DNA from: an uncultured Desulfobacter sp.
GTDB lineage: Bacteria > Desulfobacterota > Desulfobacteria > Desulfobacterales > Desulfobacteraceae
Direction of reading: 5' to 3'
NCBI GenBank assembly: GCA_963665095.1
Contig: OY762069.1
Location: forward strand, 1,664,001 to 1,728,000
DNA length: 64,000 nt
A program made the translations under genes and the position numbers. Positions 31,678-41,009 of this stretch are shown here, piece after piece. The notes beneath the pieces are model-generated. The model had not been told where the DNA came from. It did no database searches and saw nothing but the letters and a program-made list of their open reading frames with translations. Within the stretch, counting starts at the first letter, position 1. Every line of letters begins with the position of its first letter.

Positions 31678-32723
31678 TCCACCCCCAGAAAATAGCAGTT
31701 AAGTCCTGACCCCACCCCTAAAAACGCCACAAAATCGTTGGGAGCGAAAAAACCGCGTTCATCGGCAATGGCCGCTGTAATGGGCAGGGAGACAGTTCCC
31801 ACATTCCCCAGAAAGGGAAAGGTGACAAAATCCTTTTTTCGATCAATTTTCATTGTTGAGTAAAATTTGTGGTGGTGCCCCTCCCCCACCTGGTGGGCAA
31901 TGAATTTATCCGGTTTGTCCGGGGGCAGGTTGAACTCTTTCCTGAACATCTGGTAGGTGTCCATTGCAAGGCCCACCCCCTGATCAAGCACCGCCTGGGC
32001 ATTGGTGCGCATGATCACCCGGGAGTCTGTGGGCATGCCTTTTTCTTCGTGTCCCCAGTAACATAAATCCCAGTGTTGGATGGTATTATTCACCACCCCG
32101 CCCTTCACGGCATGGCGCGGGGTATCAGCCCTGCCAAGGGTTCCGTCTGTGAGCAAAATGGCCGCAGCCCCGGAACCGCCGGTCATGGTGGCAACAGCCT
32201 CCCGGTAGAAATCAATGCTTTTGTGCAGGTTAATCTCTGTGATGGTGGCATCCACGATCTGCCGGGCGGATTCACAGGAGGTGACAAGCCCTGCTTTAAT
32301 GTGGCCAAGCTGAATCTCATTGGCCACGTGGACCATGCCGGTAATCATGCCAAGACAGGCAGATTTAACATCATATACATGGGCACCCGGCCCCACCCCG
32401 ATCTTATCGGCCACAGCACAGGAGGTGGCGGGTTCATACCCGTCCTGACACACCCCGCAAAAGCACAGTGCACCAAGGTCTTTGGCACTGATACCCGCTT
32501 CATCAAGTGCCCTTTGGCCGGCCACGGCCGCATGCTCTGCCAGGGTATGGTCCACATCCCAGTAGCGCCGTTCCCGAATCCCGGTCAGGGCCTCCAGCTG
32601 GCCGGGCTTAAACCCCACGGTATCGAAAAACGGCTGCAGTTTTTCATCTATCTCCAGGCTGGTCACGATATTGGGTGCCAGCTCATAGCCAAAGGATTCA
32701 ATAAATACCTTGTCGTATCTCAT
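31671..32723 (-). CDS. oleA: OleA head-to-head acyl-CoA condensing enzyme (thiolase/FabH fold)
   Basis: TGIRERR, EPAT (Glu), ACLG (Cys), HQVG (His), GNVG (Asn), GSGLNC. Confidence 0.85.
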   Translation of the reverse strand: MRYDKVFIESFGYELAPNIVTSLEIDEKLQPFFDTVGFKPGQLEALTGIRERRYWDVDHTLAEHAAVAGQRALDEAGISAKDLGALCFCGVCQDGYEPATSCAVADKIGVGPGAHVYDVKSACLGMITGMVHVANEIQLGHIKAGLVTSCESARQIVDATITEINLHKSIDFYREAVATMTGGSGAAAILLTDGTLGRADTPRHAVKGGVVNNTIQHWDLCYWGHEEKGMPTDSRVIMRTNAQAVLDQGVGLAMDTYQMFRKEFNLPPDKPDKFIAHQVGEGHHHKFYSTMKIDRKKDFVTFPFLGNVGTVSLPITAAIADERGFFAPNDFVAFLGVGSGLNCYFLGVEW

Positions 32724-35700
32724 CTTTTTCTCCAATATTCCTCAAGACATTCACGGGATGCACCGGAAAGTTTCATCCCCATATCTTTGTACAATACAAT
32801 CTCAAGGTCGTCGGAAAACATATGGGCATCGGCCGTCACAAAGGGAACCGGGTCAAAACCCATTGTCTTTATTTCAATATCATACCGGGCCTTTTGGGTG
32901 TAACGCGTCACAGGTCCACGGCATTTCAGGTCACTTTCATTATCCGCCAGCACATCATAGTGGACGTCATCATCCGGCAGTATCCAGCCCATGCGCTGGA
33001 CAAACACCCGCAGGGTATGGGCGCAGCACTCGTACATCAAGGTGCCCGGCATCACCATGTCATCAATAAAATGGCAGGTTAAAAACCAGTCGTCCGGATG
33101 GATATCTGCTTCGGCCACAATACGCCCTAAGCCAAACCGGCCGCCTTCGGGATCAAGGTCCAGCACCCGGTGAATCAGTCGCATCCGTTCGCCGGGCAGC
33201 CACTGGTTCCGACCAGTGCGCTTTCCTTTAAAATCGGGTCCGAATGCTGTTTCAAGATCACCATTACGTAAGGCGTCCACCTGCTGATCTGTACAGGAAA
33301 TCCGTTTTACCGGGGCAATCCAAAGTGGGCGCTGCTCTGCAGGACTCTGTTCTTTGTCCTCTTTTTTGAGGATAATGCCGCCGGAATTTTCAACTTCCGC
33401 TTCGGTGAAAAATCCTGCACATCCGTCTCGCATGGATATAAAAGGCAGCTGGTCGATATAGCCTTTATAGTGAAAAAAAAACAGATAAATCTCGCCCTGC
33501 CGTAAAAACCGGTCTATCTCAATGTGATATTCGATTGTTTCCCCGGGATCGGGCAGGGTGCGGTGAAAGGTCACCCTGGCATCCAGAAGTCTGTATTTTC
33601 GTTTTCCCTTGACCACATGGTCGATGCCTAGCCAGGAACACAGAAACAGATCGGCCTGGCCCGCCTCGATGGAGATGGACACAGGGGTTTTCCCGCCATC
33701 CAGGTACCATGCATTTTCATGCACATCGTGCTGGGTAACTACTTTGCCCCGGGTTAAAGAAAGCTTTTCTCCTTCCACTGAGATGATCCGGTCCACCAGC
33801 ATCAGGGGATCATCCGGCAGCCGGACCCGGACCGGATAGGTGTCAATGATTTTAAAATCGTCACCCAGGACATTGCCGGCCTTTCCCACGGCAAATTCAC
33901 GGCACTGATCGCGGTCCATGAACACCCTGGGTGCTTCAACCGGCATTACATCCTGTGCAGGCGCTTTGGAGATCACAGGGTCCGGTTGAAAGGGCGCCAT
34001 GCCATGGCCGGTCAGAGGCCCTGCATTGGCAATGGCTGCAAGCTGTTCGGCCATGGCCCGGGTATTCCGGCTTGAAAAGGTTAAAAACTGTTCATGGGCT
34101 CTTGCTGTGGCCGCCTGGGTTTCAACAAACAGGGCAGTAACGCTGTCGGAAATCACCTGAGAAGGTATTTCAGGAGGGTCAGCCAGCGACATGAGGGTTA
34201 CGTCGTCCGAACCGACCTGGATACTATTATTTGTATCTGTAATTTTTCGGGCATATAGTAACGACTCTGGAATCACAGGCCGGGTCACAGGAATCCGGAC
34301 CACTGTCCCCGAATCTTTATTCGTGGCATTTTTTTGCAGGTTGGAAGATAGGTGCGACCCCAAAGACTCTTTTCCTGTTTTGCGACCACTTGTTTCAGGG
34401 CAGGCTGTCAGAACAGCATGGGCCGCAGCCCCGTCCCGGGTCAGGCACCCGGCCATCACGGTTTGCGGGGCATCGGCGCTTTGGGACAAAGGGCAGGGAT
34501 TGTACCCGGTGTAAAGGCAAAGTGCCGCTGTTGCAAGGGTAAAAAGCCCTGCCGAAGCGCCGGTGTGACCGATGAGCGAGGCAGGACAAAATACCGGCAC
34601 CGATGGATCTTCAGAACCGGTGTGCCCGAATCCGGCCAGTTCTCCGGCACCCAGGAAATGGGAACGGCTGTGGGTCACCGCACCGAAGCTGATGTCAGAG
34701 AAATGAACCCCTGCGCTTTCAAGTGCCTGCTGCAGGGAACGCTTTACGGCATCTGCTGCGGGCCTGAGCTGCCGTCCGTTGTCTTCGCTTGCCAGGGGGG
34801 CACCCCCGGCCCGCCCTGCCCCGTTGACCACGGCATAAATCCGGTCCTGATCCCGCAGCGCTGCATCCAGCGGTTTCAGCACCAGGGCGGCCGCCCCTTC
34901 TGACGGCAGCGTCCCTGGATCCAGGCCGGACAGGGCCATATTCCGGGTAAAGCTGCGAATATCCCCGGCAAGGTCCACGGCCGCGCATAAAAAGAGGTCT
35001 GTCTCCCGGGCAGACAATGATTTAATGGCCACATCAACAGCAGCAAAGCCGGATGCCGCATCCGCAGACAGGGTAAAACAAGGACCGCCAAGTTTAAAAG
35101 CCCGGGCCAGACGTGAGGCCACAATACCGCCAAGCGCGCCCAGGGTGGTGTCAAAATCCAGGGCCGGCCCTATTTGCTCTAAAAGCTCGGCCGGAACACT
35201 TTGTTTATGATTTTTGATCTGCCATCGCAAATGATGGTCTGTAGCCCCAAAATCAAATTCAATGCCCACAGCACAGCCCATGTTTTCCCTGCAGGGGTCC
35301 AAAGCGGTCGGTTTGGGCGAAATCCCTGCATCTTCAAGAGCAGTCCGGGCAGCATTGAGCATGACCAGGTGCTGGGGCAGAATCCGGGAAAGCTGGTTGG
35401 GCGGAATATTAAAATTTTTGAGATCAATGCCAACATCCTCCATGAACAAGCTTTGGGCATTGAGTAGTTCCGGAGGCAGATGATCCGCTCTTCGCCAGCG
35501 GGAATGACCCGGTCGGGATTCAAGCTTTTTTTGTTCCTGCAGCAGGTCTGCAAAATCGGCAAGCGTATCACCCGCACCGGAGACCATTCCCATGCCCACA
35601 ATGGCACAGGGGATGGTGGGCGCAATCCTAACGGGCGCGGCCGACACCGGGTAGCGGCAGGCGTCAGGTACAAAACCTTCCACCAAAAGATGGGCATTGA

Positions 35701-37048
35701 TGCCGCCAAATCCAAAAGCAGAGACAGCGGCCCGCCTAAGCCCGTTATTCTCTCCGGGCCTCCAGGGTTCCGGCGTCTCCTGAACGTGGACACCTGTACC
35801 GTTTAGCGGACTGTCATCAGGCAGGCAGGAAAAATTCAGGGACGGCGGCAGCATTTCGTCTTCCATGGCCATGATGGTCTTGATAAATCCGGCAGCCCCT
35901 GCGGCTGTCAACAGATGACCAATATTGGATTTTACCGACCCTATGGAAAAACCAGCCCCTTTGCAATGGTGTCTCTCCAGCATATTGCAGATGGTCTGTG
36001 CCTCCACCTGGTCGCCTTTGGGGGTACCGGACCCATGGCACTCCATATACTGGATATCCCCCACAGACCAGCCCGCCATTTTATAGGCCGCAGACATGGC
36101 TCTGATTTGGCCGTCGCTGGCCGGGGCCACCAGGTTCCCCTCAATATCATTGCTCACGCCCCACCCCTTGATCACGGCGCGGATGGTATCTCCGGCAGCC
36201 AGGGCATCGTCCAGGCGTTTGAGCAGAACAAGCCCTGCCCCCTCTCCCACCACCAGGCCGTCGGCATCCCGGTCAAAGGGAGCGCACCGCCCCGATGAGG
36301 ACAATGCCTGCAACTGAGTAAAACCCACCTGGGTATATAAGGATTGGGGCCGGGATACCCCGCCTGCCACCATGGCGTCCGAGCGGCCGAGCTGCAGTTG
36401 TTCGCAGGCAAGCTTAATGGAAAACAGAGAGGATGCACAGGCCGCGTCCAAAGTAAAACTGCCTCCTTCAAGTCCCCATACCCGTGCGGCAAGCGCAGCA
36501 GGAAAAGAGAGCATGCTCGCCCCGAAGGCCTTGGGTCCTGTGAGCATCATAGGGTTGGCGTCCAGGAAAAGATGCCGGGTAAGATCCGTTGCACCCGGCG
36601 TGGGAAGTGCAATGGCCGCAAGGATTACACCGGTGCGCCGCCGCACCTCCCGGGAAAGCCGGGCATTGGCCATAAGCCGTCCCCCGGCTTTAAGAACCAG
36701 GTGATGAACCGGATCAAGGTCAACGAAAAAATCGTTATCCAGACCATGCCCGGGGAATTCTGGTTTTATAGGATGTGCATCAGATAAAAAAGGGGTTAAA
36801 GGGTCAAACAAGGCCGTAGTAATCAAACCGGCAAAGGGGCTGCGTGCCAGATCCGGCCCCGGGGTACCCGAACCTTGATCCACCATCATCTCCCGGCATC
36901 CGCCCCAGCGGTCATCCGGCACCTGGATCACGGCACTTTTTTTCGCCATGACATTGGCACTGAACTGCTCAACATTCCCGGCACCCGGAAAGATGCCGGA
37001 CATCCCCACAACTGCTATATCAACGGGTTTTAAGCTCATGGAGCCCAT
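32720..37048 (-). CDS. PUFA-synthase PfaC-like subunit: KS + inactive KS (CLF) + pseudo-DH + FabA-like DH
   Basis: DAACASS/ECHGSGT/KSNIGH triad; second KS has SADAASG (no Cys); WFLTCHFIDDMVMPGTLMYE DH motif. Confidence 0.85.
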   Translation of the reverse strand: MGSMSLKPVDIAVVGMSGIFPGAGNVEQFSANVMAKKSAVIQVPDDRWGGCREMMVDQGSGTPGPDLARSPFAGLITTALFDPLTPFLSDAHPIKPEFPGHGLDNDFFVDLDPVHHLVLKAGGRLMANARLSREVRRRTGVILAAIALPTPGATDLTRHLFLDANPMMLTGPKAFGASMLSFPAALAARVWGLEGGSFTLDAACASSLFSIKLACEQLQLGRSDAMVAGGVSRPQSLYTQVGFTQLQALSSSGRCAPFDRDADGLVVGEGAGLVLLKRLDDALAAGDTIRAVIKGWGVSNDIEGNLVAPASDGQIRAMSAAYKMAGWSVGDIQYMECHGSGTPKGDQVEAQTICNMLERHHCKGAGFSIGSVKSNIGHLLTAAGAAGFIKTIMAMEDEMLPPSLNFSCLPDDSPLNGTGVHVQETPEPWRPGENNGLRRAAVSAFGFGGINAHLLVEGFVPDACRYPVSAAPVRIAPTIPCAIVGMGMVSGAGDTLADFADLLQEQKKLESRPGHSRWRRADHLPPELLNAQSLFMEDVGIDLKNFNIPPNQLSRILPQHLVMLNAARTALEDAGISPKPTALDPCRENMGCAVGIEFDFGATDHHLRWQIKNHKQSVPAELLEQIGPALDFDTTLGALGGIVASRLARAFKLGGPCFTLSADAASGFAAVDVAIKSLSARETDLFLCAAVDLAGDIRSFTRNMALSGLDPGTLPSEGAAALVLKPLDAALRDQDRIYAVVNGAGRAGGAPLASEDNGRQLRPAADAVKRSLQQALESAGVHFSDISFGAVTHSRSHFLGAGELAGFGHTGSEDPSVPVFCPASLIGHTGASAGLFTLATAALCLYTGYNPCPLSQSADAPQTVMAGCLTRDGAAAHAVLTACPETSGRKTGKESLGSHLSSNLQKNATNKDSGTVVRIPVTRPVIPESLLYARKITDTNNSIQVGSDDVTLMSLADPPEIPSQVISDSVTALFVETQAATARAHEQFLTFSSRNTRAMAEQLAAIANAGPLTGHGMAPFQPDPVISKAPAQDVMPVEAPRVFMDRDQCREFAVGKAGNVLGDDFKIIDTYPVRVRLPDDPLMLVDRIISVEGEKLSLTRGKVVTQHDVHENAWYLDGGKTPVSISIEAGQADLFLCSWLGIDHVVKGKRKYRLLDARVTFHRTLPDPGETIEYHIEIDRFLRQGEIYLFFFHYKGYIDQLPFISMRDGCAGFFTEAEVENSGGIILKKEDKEQSPAEQRPLWIAPVKRISCTDQQVDALRNGDLETAFGPDFKGKRTGRNQWLPGERMRLIHRVLDLDPEGGRFGLGRIVAEADIHPDDWFLTCHFIDDMVMPGTLMYECCAHTLRVFVQRMGWILPDDDVHYDVLADNESDLKCRGPVTRYTQKARYDIEIKTMGFDPVPFVTADAHMFSDDLEIVLYKDMGMKLSGASRECLEEYWRKR

Positions 37049-37105
37049 ATAGATGAGTCAGTAAAAGATTGCAACACCGGTATGTAAAACTTGTGTAAAA
37101 CGGTT

Positions 37106-37816
37106 TTATTTCAATACCAGCACCAGGCCCTGGACCACGGCCCGAACCAGAAGGAATCCTGTGAACAGGCAAAGCCCGGTACAGATTATCGTGTCCGGAA
37201 GGCTTGATTTTCTCCGGCGTTCATGCCCGAAAAAAAAGGCAAGCAGATAACCGGCCGCGAACCCGCCCCCATGGCCCCAGTTATTGATATTGGGCAGGAT
37301 CAGCCCGATGAGAATGAGGCTGAATATCCACGACTTGGTCTGTTTAAATACCATGCGTCCCCACATATCCCCCTGGGAGCGGCCAAAATAGAACAATGCA
37401 CCAATGAGGCCGCACAGCCCGGCAGAGGCGCCAATGGTCAAGGGCACCCCCCCCAGACAGGAGAGGTAAAAACCGCCGGCACCGGACAAGATATAGATGG
37501 ACAACATCCGGCTGGTGCCGAACTCTTTTTCCGTTAGTGGTGCAAGGGTGCGCAGCGCCATCATATTAAACAGAATATGAAGCAGACTGCCGTGAAGCCA
37601 GTTGGCCGTAAAAATACTTGTCCAGTCATGGAACCGGGCCAGAGGAATGGTGCCGGACGCCCCAAGAAAAATCAGGGCATTGCTGGAGGGTGCCAGGGCA
37701 TTAAAGGGATTTATTGTAAAATGAACTCCCCGTGAAAGGAGCAAAGAGACCACATACAGGATCACATTGATCCAGATAAGCGTGTTCACCACCTGTCTGC
37801 TGCGAATATTTATCAT
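37106..37816 (-). CDS. Rhomboid intramembrane serine protease
   Basis: H.SLLHILFNM, GASAG, HGGG. Confidence 0.9.
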   Translation of the reverse strand: MINIRSRQVVNTLIWINVILYVVSLLLSRGVHFTINPFNALAPSSNALIFLGASGTIPLARFHDWTSIFTANWLHGSLLHILFNMMALRTLAPLTEKEFGTSRMLSIYILSGAGGFYLSCLGGVPLTIGASAGLCGLIGALFYFGRSQGDMWGRMVFKQTKSWIFSLILIGLILPNINNWGHGGGFAAGYLLAFFFGHERRRKSSLPDTIICTGLCLFTGFLLVRAVVQGLVLVLK

Positions 37817-37837
37817 ACGGTAACTTATATTGGGAAC

Positions 37838-38407
37838 TTAATGAATAGTGACGTCTTTAATCGTTACGGCTGCCAGGTACTCTTTGACGGCGCCAAGTGT
37901 CAAAGCAAACATCTTGGTACCGCACAGAATCACCAAAGGGTCCTCCGCTGCATTGCAGGCCCTTGCAAATACAGGTCCCATTACGGCTGTGGGATCGGCA
38001 TCAGCGGCTGCGTTTTCCTGCATCTGCTGCACAAAGGTATCCAGCCGCTCCTTGAGGATGGCAAAATAATCAATCCGGGTGCCTGTGGTCGTTTCAGTCA
38101 GGGTGGAGACATTATTGGAAATCTGGCGGATCTGCTCCCAGAAGGTCTGGGTCAAAGGGGCCTTGTTCGGGTCTGTGGCCGCCATAAAAAAGGCAAGCCC
38201 CCATCCCACGCTTAAAATTTTAAGAATCGCCAGTTCATACTCAAGACGGGTCAGATCAATGGTGTGATCTTTTGGAAGCGAGGCCATCAGAGTTTTAAGA
38301 TCGGCCCTGTCAATGGCAAAGGCTGCCAGGTTTTCAGCAATCTGCTCAATGGTCAGCGTTCCTGCAGGGTTTCCTTCGGATGCCGGTTGTCCCTTATCTG
38401 CATTCAT
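37838..38407 (-). CDS. Conserved hypothetical protein
   Basis: 189-aa ORF with host-like codon usage, co-oriented with the rhomboid gene. Confidence 0.7.
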   Translation of the reverse strand: MNADKGQPASEGNPAGTLTIEQIAENLAAFAIDRADLKTLMASLPKDHTIDLTRLEYELAILKILSVGWGLAFFMAATDPNKAPLTQTFWEQIRQISNNVSTLTETTTGTRIDYFAILKERLDTFVQQMQENAAADADPTAVMGPVFARACNAAEDPLVILCGTKMFALTLGAVKEYLAAVTIKDVTIH

Positions 38408-38521
38408 CTGTGTTTAATTTACCTTTACGCCCTATGGAAATACAGTTATTTTTAATCTTCAAATATCAAAATAACAATCCCCGGGACACGTGTAAACCCC
38501 AATGAAATAAATCAGCAACTG

Positions 38522-38790
38522 TTGAATCAAAGGATTAGAATGCGATATCACATGACAGGATTGTCGGAGCAGGACACCAGTAATTATATTATGTCACGAC
38601 TTAAATGGGCCGGCTGTTCAATTCCTATATTTAAAGAGGATGCTTTAGCGGCCATCCGGGAATACTTATACGATTTTCCAAGGCTGATCGGGAATATCTG
38701 CGAAGAGGCCCTGACCTATGCCATGTTCTGTGAGCGGAAAACAGTGGATGCGGACATGATACTAAAAATTAAGATGACAGACGATATGAC
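38522..38790 (+). pseudogene. ExeA-like AAA ATPase C-terminal fragment (transposon-associated type)
   Basis: QRI.MRYH..GLS..DT..YI..RL..AG....F...A.....PRLI.NIC..AL; no Walker A/B. Confidence 0.7.
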
Positions 38791-38837
38791 TACAAATCAA
38801 AATTATTGGCTCAACCGAAAACAGCATAAAATTCAAG

Positions 38838-39030
38838 TCAACACCTGTGGTAACGGTCAATGGGACGTTCGTCTATGCCGGTATGCAGTTTATGGTGATA
38901 ATCGTCATGCAGCCACAGGTCAAGGGCTGCATTGAGTTCTTCCAGTGTCAGTTTTTCGGTAAGGGATGACAAAAACCGGTCCCGGACCGTACGAAAGACC
39001 CTCTCAATTTTCCCTCGGGAAGGTGAATCA
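38838..39030 (-). pseudogene. DDE integrase/Mu-like transposase fragment
   Basis: PSRGKIERVFRTV...F......EELN..L..W...YH...H.GI...P..RY. Confidence 0.75.
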
Positions 39031-39411
39031 TAGGTTTTTCGCCGGCGTCTCACTTACCACTGAGGTTGGTGCCTTTTCAGCAAACTTTAAACCCTTATAT
39101 AGGATAAATCCAACACATTTCTTAAAAGCGCTCAAACTGAGCTGATAGAAATAAATGTCGCCTTTTCCGGGGGGGTCACCAGAGGCGGGAGTATAATATA
39201 TTAAATTTACTGGTGGCGTTTCCGGGCTGACACAATATATGGTGGCCGGGGATTTTTTGAAAAAGTGTTCAATCATACCGGTACATTACAAAATGATTGA
39301 TGGCGTGAATTTGTAAGAGAATTTCATTCAATCTCACACAGAGTCACGACTCAATCATTTTGAGGTAATAGTTTCGCTTTTCCTCTGAATTTTTAATTTT
39401 TGAATTCAAAC

Positions 39412-39509
39412 AGTGAAGCTCCTCATAAACAAAAATTACCATCCATAAATGGTGATATTCTTAAGATCAATCTGCAATAAAGCAGTTGAATGTTATAAGG
39501 AGCTTCACT
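39412..39509 (+). promoter_or_regulatory. Hairpin sequestering the transposase RBS
   Basis: AGTGAAGCTCCT (39412-39423) is the exact reverse complement of AGGAGCTTCACT (39498-39509) just before ATG 39510. Confidence 0.75.
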
Positions 39510-40958
39510 ATGAAAAAAAGAAACATTTTTCAAAATCAAAGTCAAGAAATCCTTACTCTTTTTGAAATGGCAAAAGACAGGTCCAAGGTCATGTGCATCC
39601 CTATGGATTATGCCAAAAAAGATCATGTGGCCATGTTTTGCAATGGGAATGGAAAAATCCTTCGAAAGCCCTTTTCCATAAAAAACACACCTGAAGGAGT
39701 GGAATATTTAATTGATCAAGTCACAAAATCTTGTCACCATCATGGGATTGATATTAAAAACACTCTTTTCGGCGGGGAGGATTGCGGGACATATGCGAAT
39801 AATTTCATTGAAGCTCTACGTTCGGAAAATTGGCTGGTGGCAGGGGTAAATGCACTTGATGCCAAAAGACACCGGGAAAATATTCAAGCGAGCACGGACC
39901 GGTTAGATCTATTGGGTATCAGTAAAATGCTTCTTAACTGTAGTGGGAATTGTTCTCCGGCTCAATCCGGAATTTATTGGAATTTGAGAACGCTTTGTCG
40001 AGAAAGACAGAAATTGGTGGTCACGAAAAGCGGTGTGAAAAACAGGGTTCACACCATTGTAGATCAGATTTTCCCGGGCTTTTTAAATGAAGCCAAAAGT
40101 GGAATTCCTCCATTTTCACCGGCATCATTAATATTGATGGAAGACCGATTCAGTGTGCATCAGATCCGGCGCCGAAGGCCAGCCGCATTAGTGAAAAACC
40201 TTGCTAAACAAGGTTTACCGAATCCAGAGATCCGTGCAGAAAAACTTCAACGTTATGCCTCCCAGGTCCTCAGACCCCAAAAAGATCATATTGTTACATT
40301 GCAGATGTCATTAAAACAGCAAGTCAGATTAATTCTATGCCTCCAAGAAAGCACTGACCAATTAGAACGAGATATCGCGGCACATTCAGCGCAGACCCCA
40401 GGCGCATTCTTAACCACCATTCGAGGAATAGGTTTAATTTTAGCTGCCGGTGTAAGTGCTGAAATTGGAGATCCCGATAAGCAGAAATCTTTGACCAATC
40501 TGGTGTCTTATGCCGGCATAATTCCGCAAATAAAACAGACCGGAGGGGAACAAGGGAAAACTCAAGTGATTAGAGTCGGTAAGCGGTGTAATCGTATTTT
40601 AAAAAATTATGTCGTCCAGTCCGGCTTGCATATGGGGATTCATGGCCCCGACGAATTAATTGCCGACTATAAACGAAGAGAAGCCCGGGATCAGCATGCT
40701 GATTTCGGCATGGCAAGAAGATTTCTGAGAATGGCAATGTGTTTGATGCGGACCCACCAAGCTTATTTGCCAAAGCGCTTAAGAAGCCAACAGTGCCCGA
40801 TGGAAGAACGAGGCCGTTATTACCAAGAGGCTTGGCCGTTACTCATGGATAAATGGAGAAGGGTCAAGAAGTTAGATATTGCCTTCGATAAAAAAATGCC
40901 CTTGGGGCAATGGCGCAACATGATACAGGAGCTTTATGACATACAATTAAGGTTGTAG
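39510..40958 (+). CDS. IS110-family transposase/recombinase (482 aa)
   Basis: RuvC-like DEDD motifs MDYAK, GGED, TDRLD; C-terminal L.TIRGIG...AEIGD...YAGI.P...QTGG. Confidence 0.88.
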   Translation: MKKRNIFQNQSQEILTLFEMAKDRSKVMCIPMDYAKKDHVAMFCNGNGKILRKPFSIKNTPEGVEYLIDQVTKSCHHHGIDIKNTLFGGEDCGTYANNFIEALRSENWLVAGVNALDAKRHRENIQASTDRLDLLGISKMLLNCSGNCSPAQSGIYWNLRTLCRERQKLVVTKSGVKNRVHTIVDQIFPGFLNEAKSGIPPFSPASLILMEDRFSVHQIRRRRPAALVKNLAKQGLPNPEIRAEKLQRYASQVLRPQKDHIVTLQMSLKQQVRLILCLQESTDQLERDIAAHSAQTPGAFLTTIRGIGLILAAGVSAEIGDPDKQKSLTNLVSYAGIIPQIKQTGGEQGKTQVIRVGKRCNRILKNYVVQSGLHMGIHGPDELIADYKRREARDQHADFGMARRFLRMAMCLMRTHQAYLPKRLRSQQCPMEERGRYYQEAWPLLMDKWRRVKKLDIAFDKKMPLGQWRNMIQELYDIQLRL

Positions 40959-41009
40959 ATAAAACATAAGCTTGATTTGTTGTCTCATATCAAAATTTTA
41001 ACGATTTTT

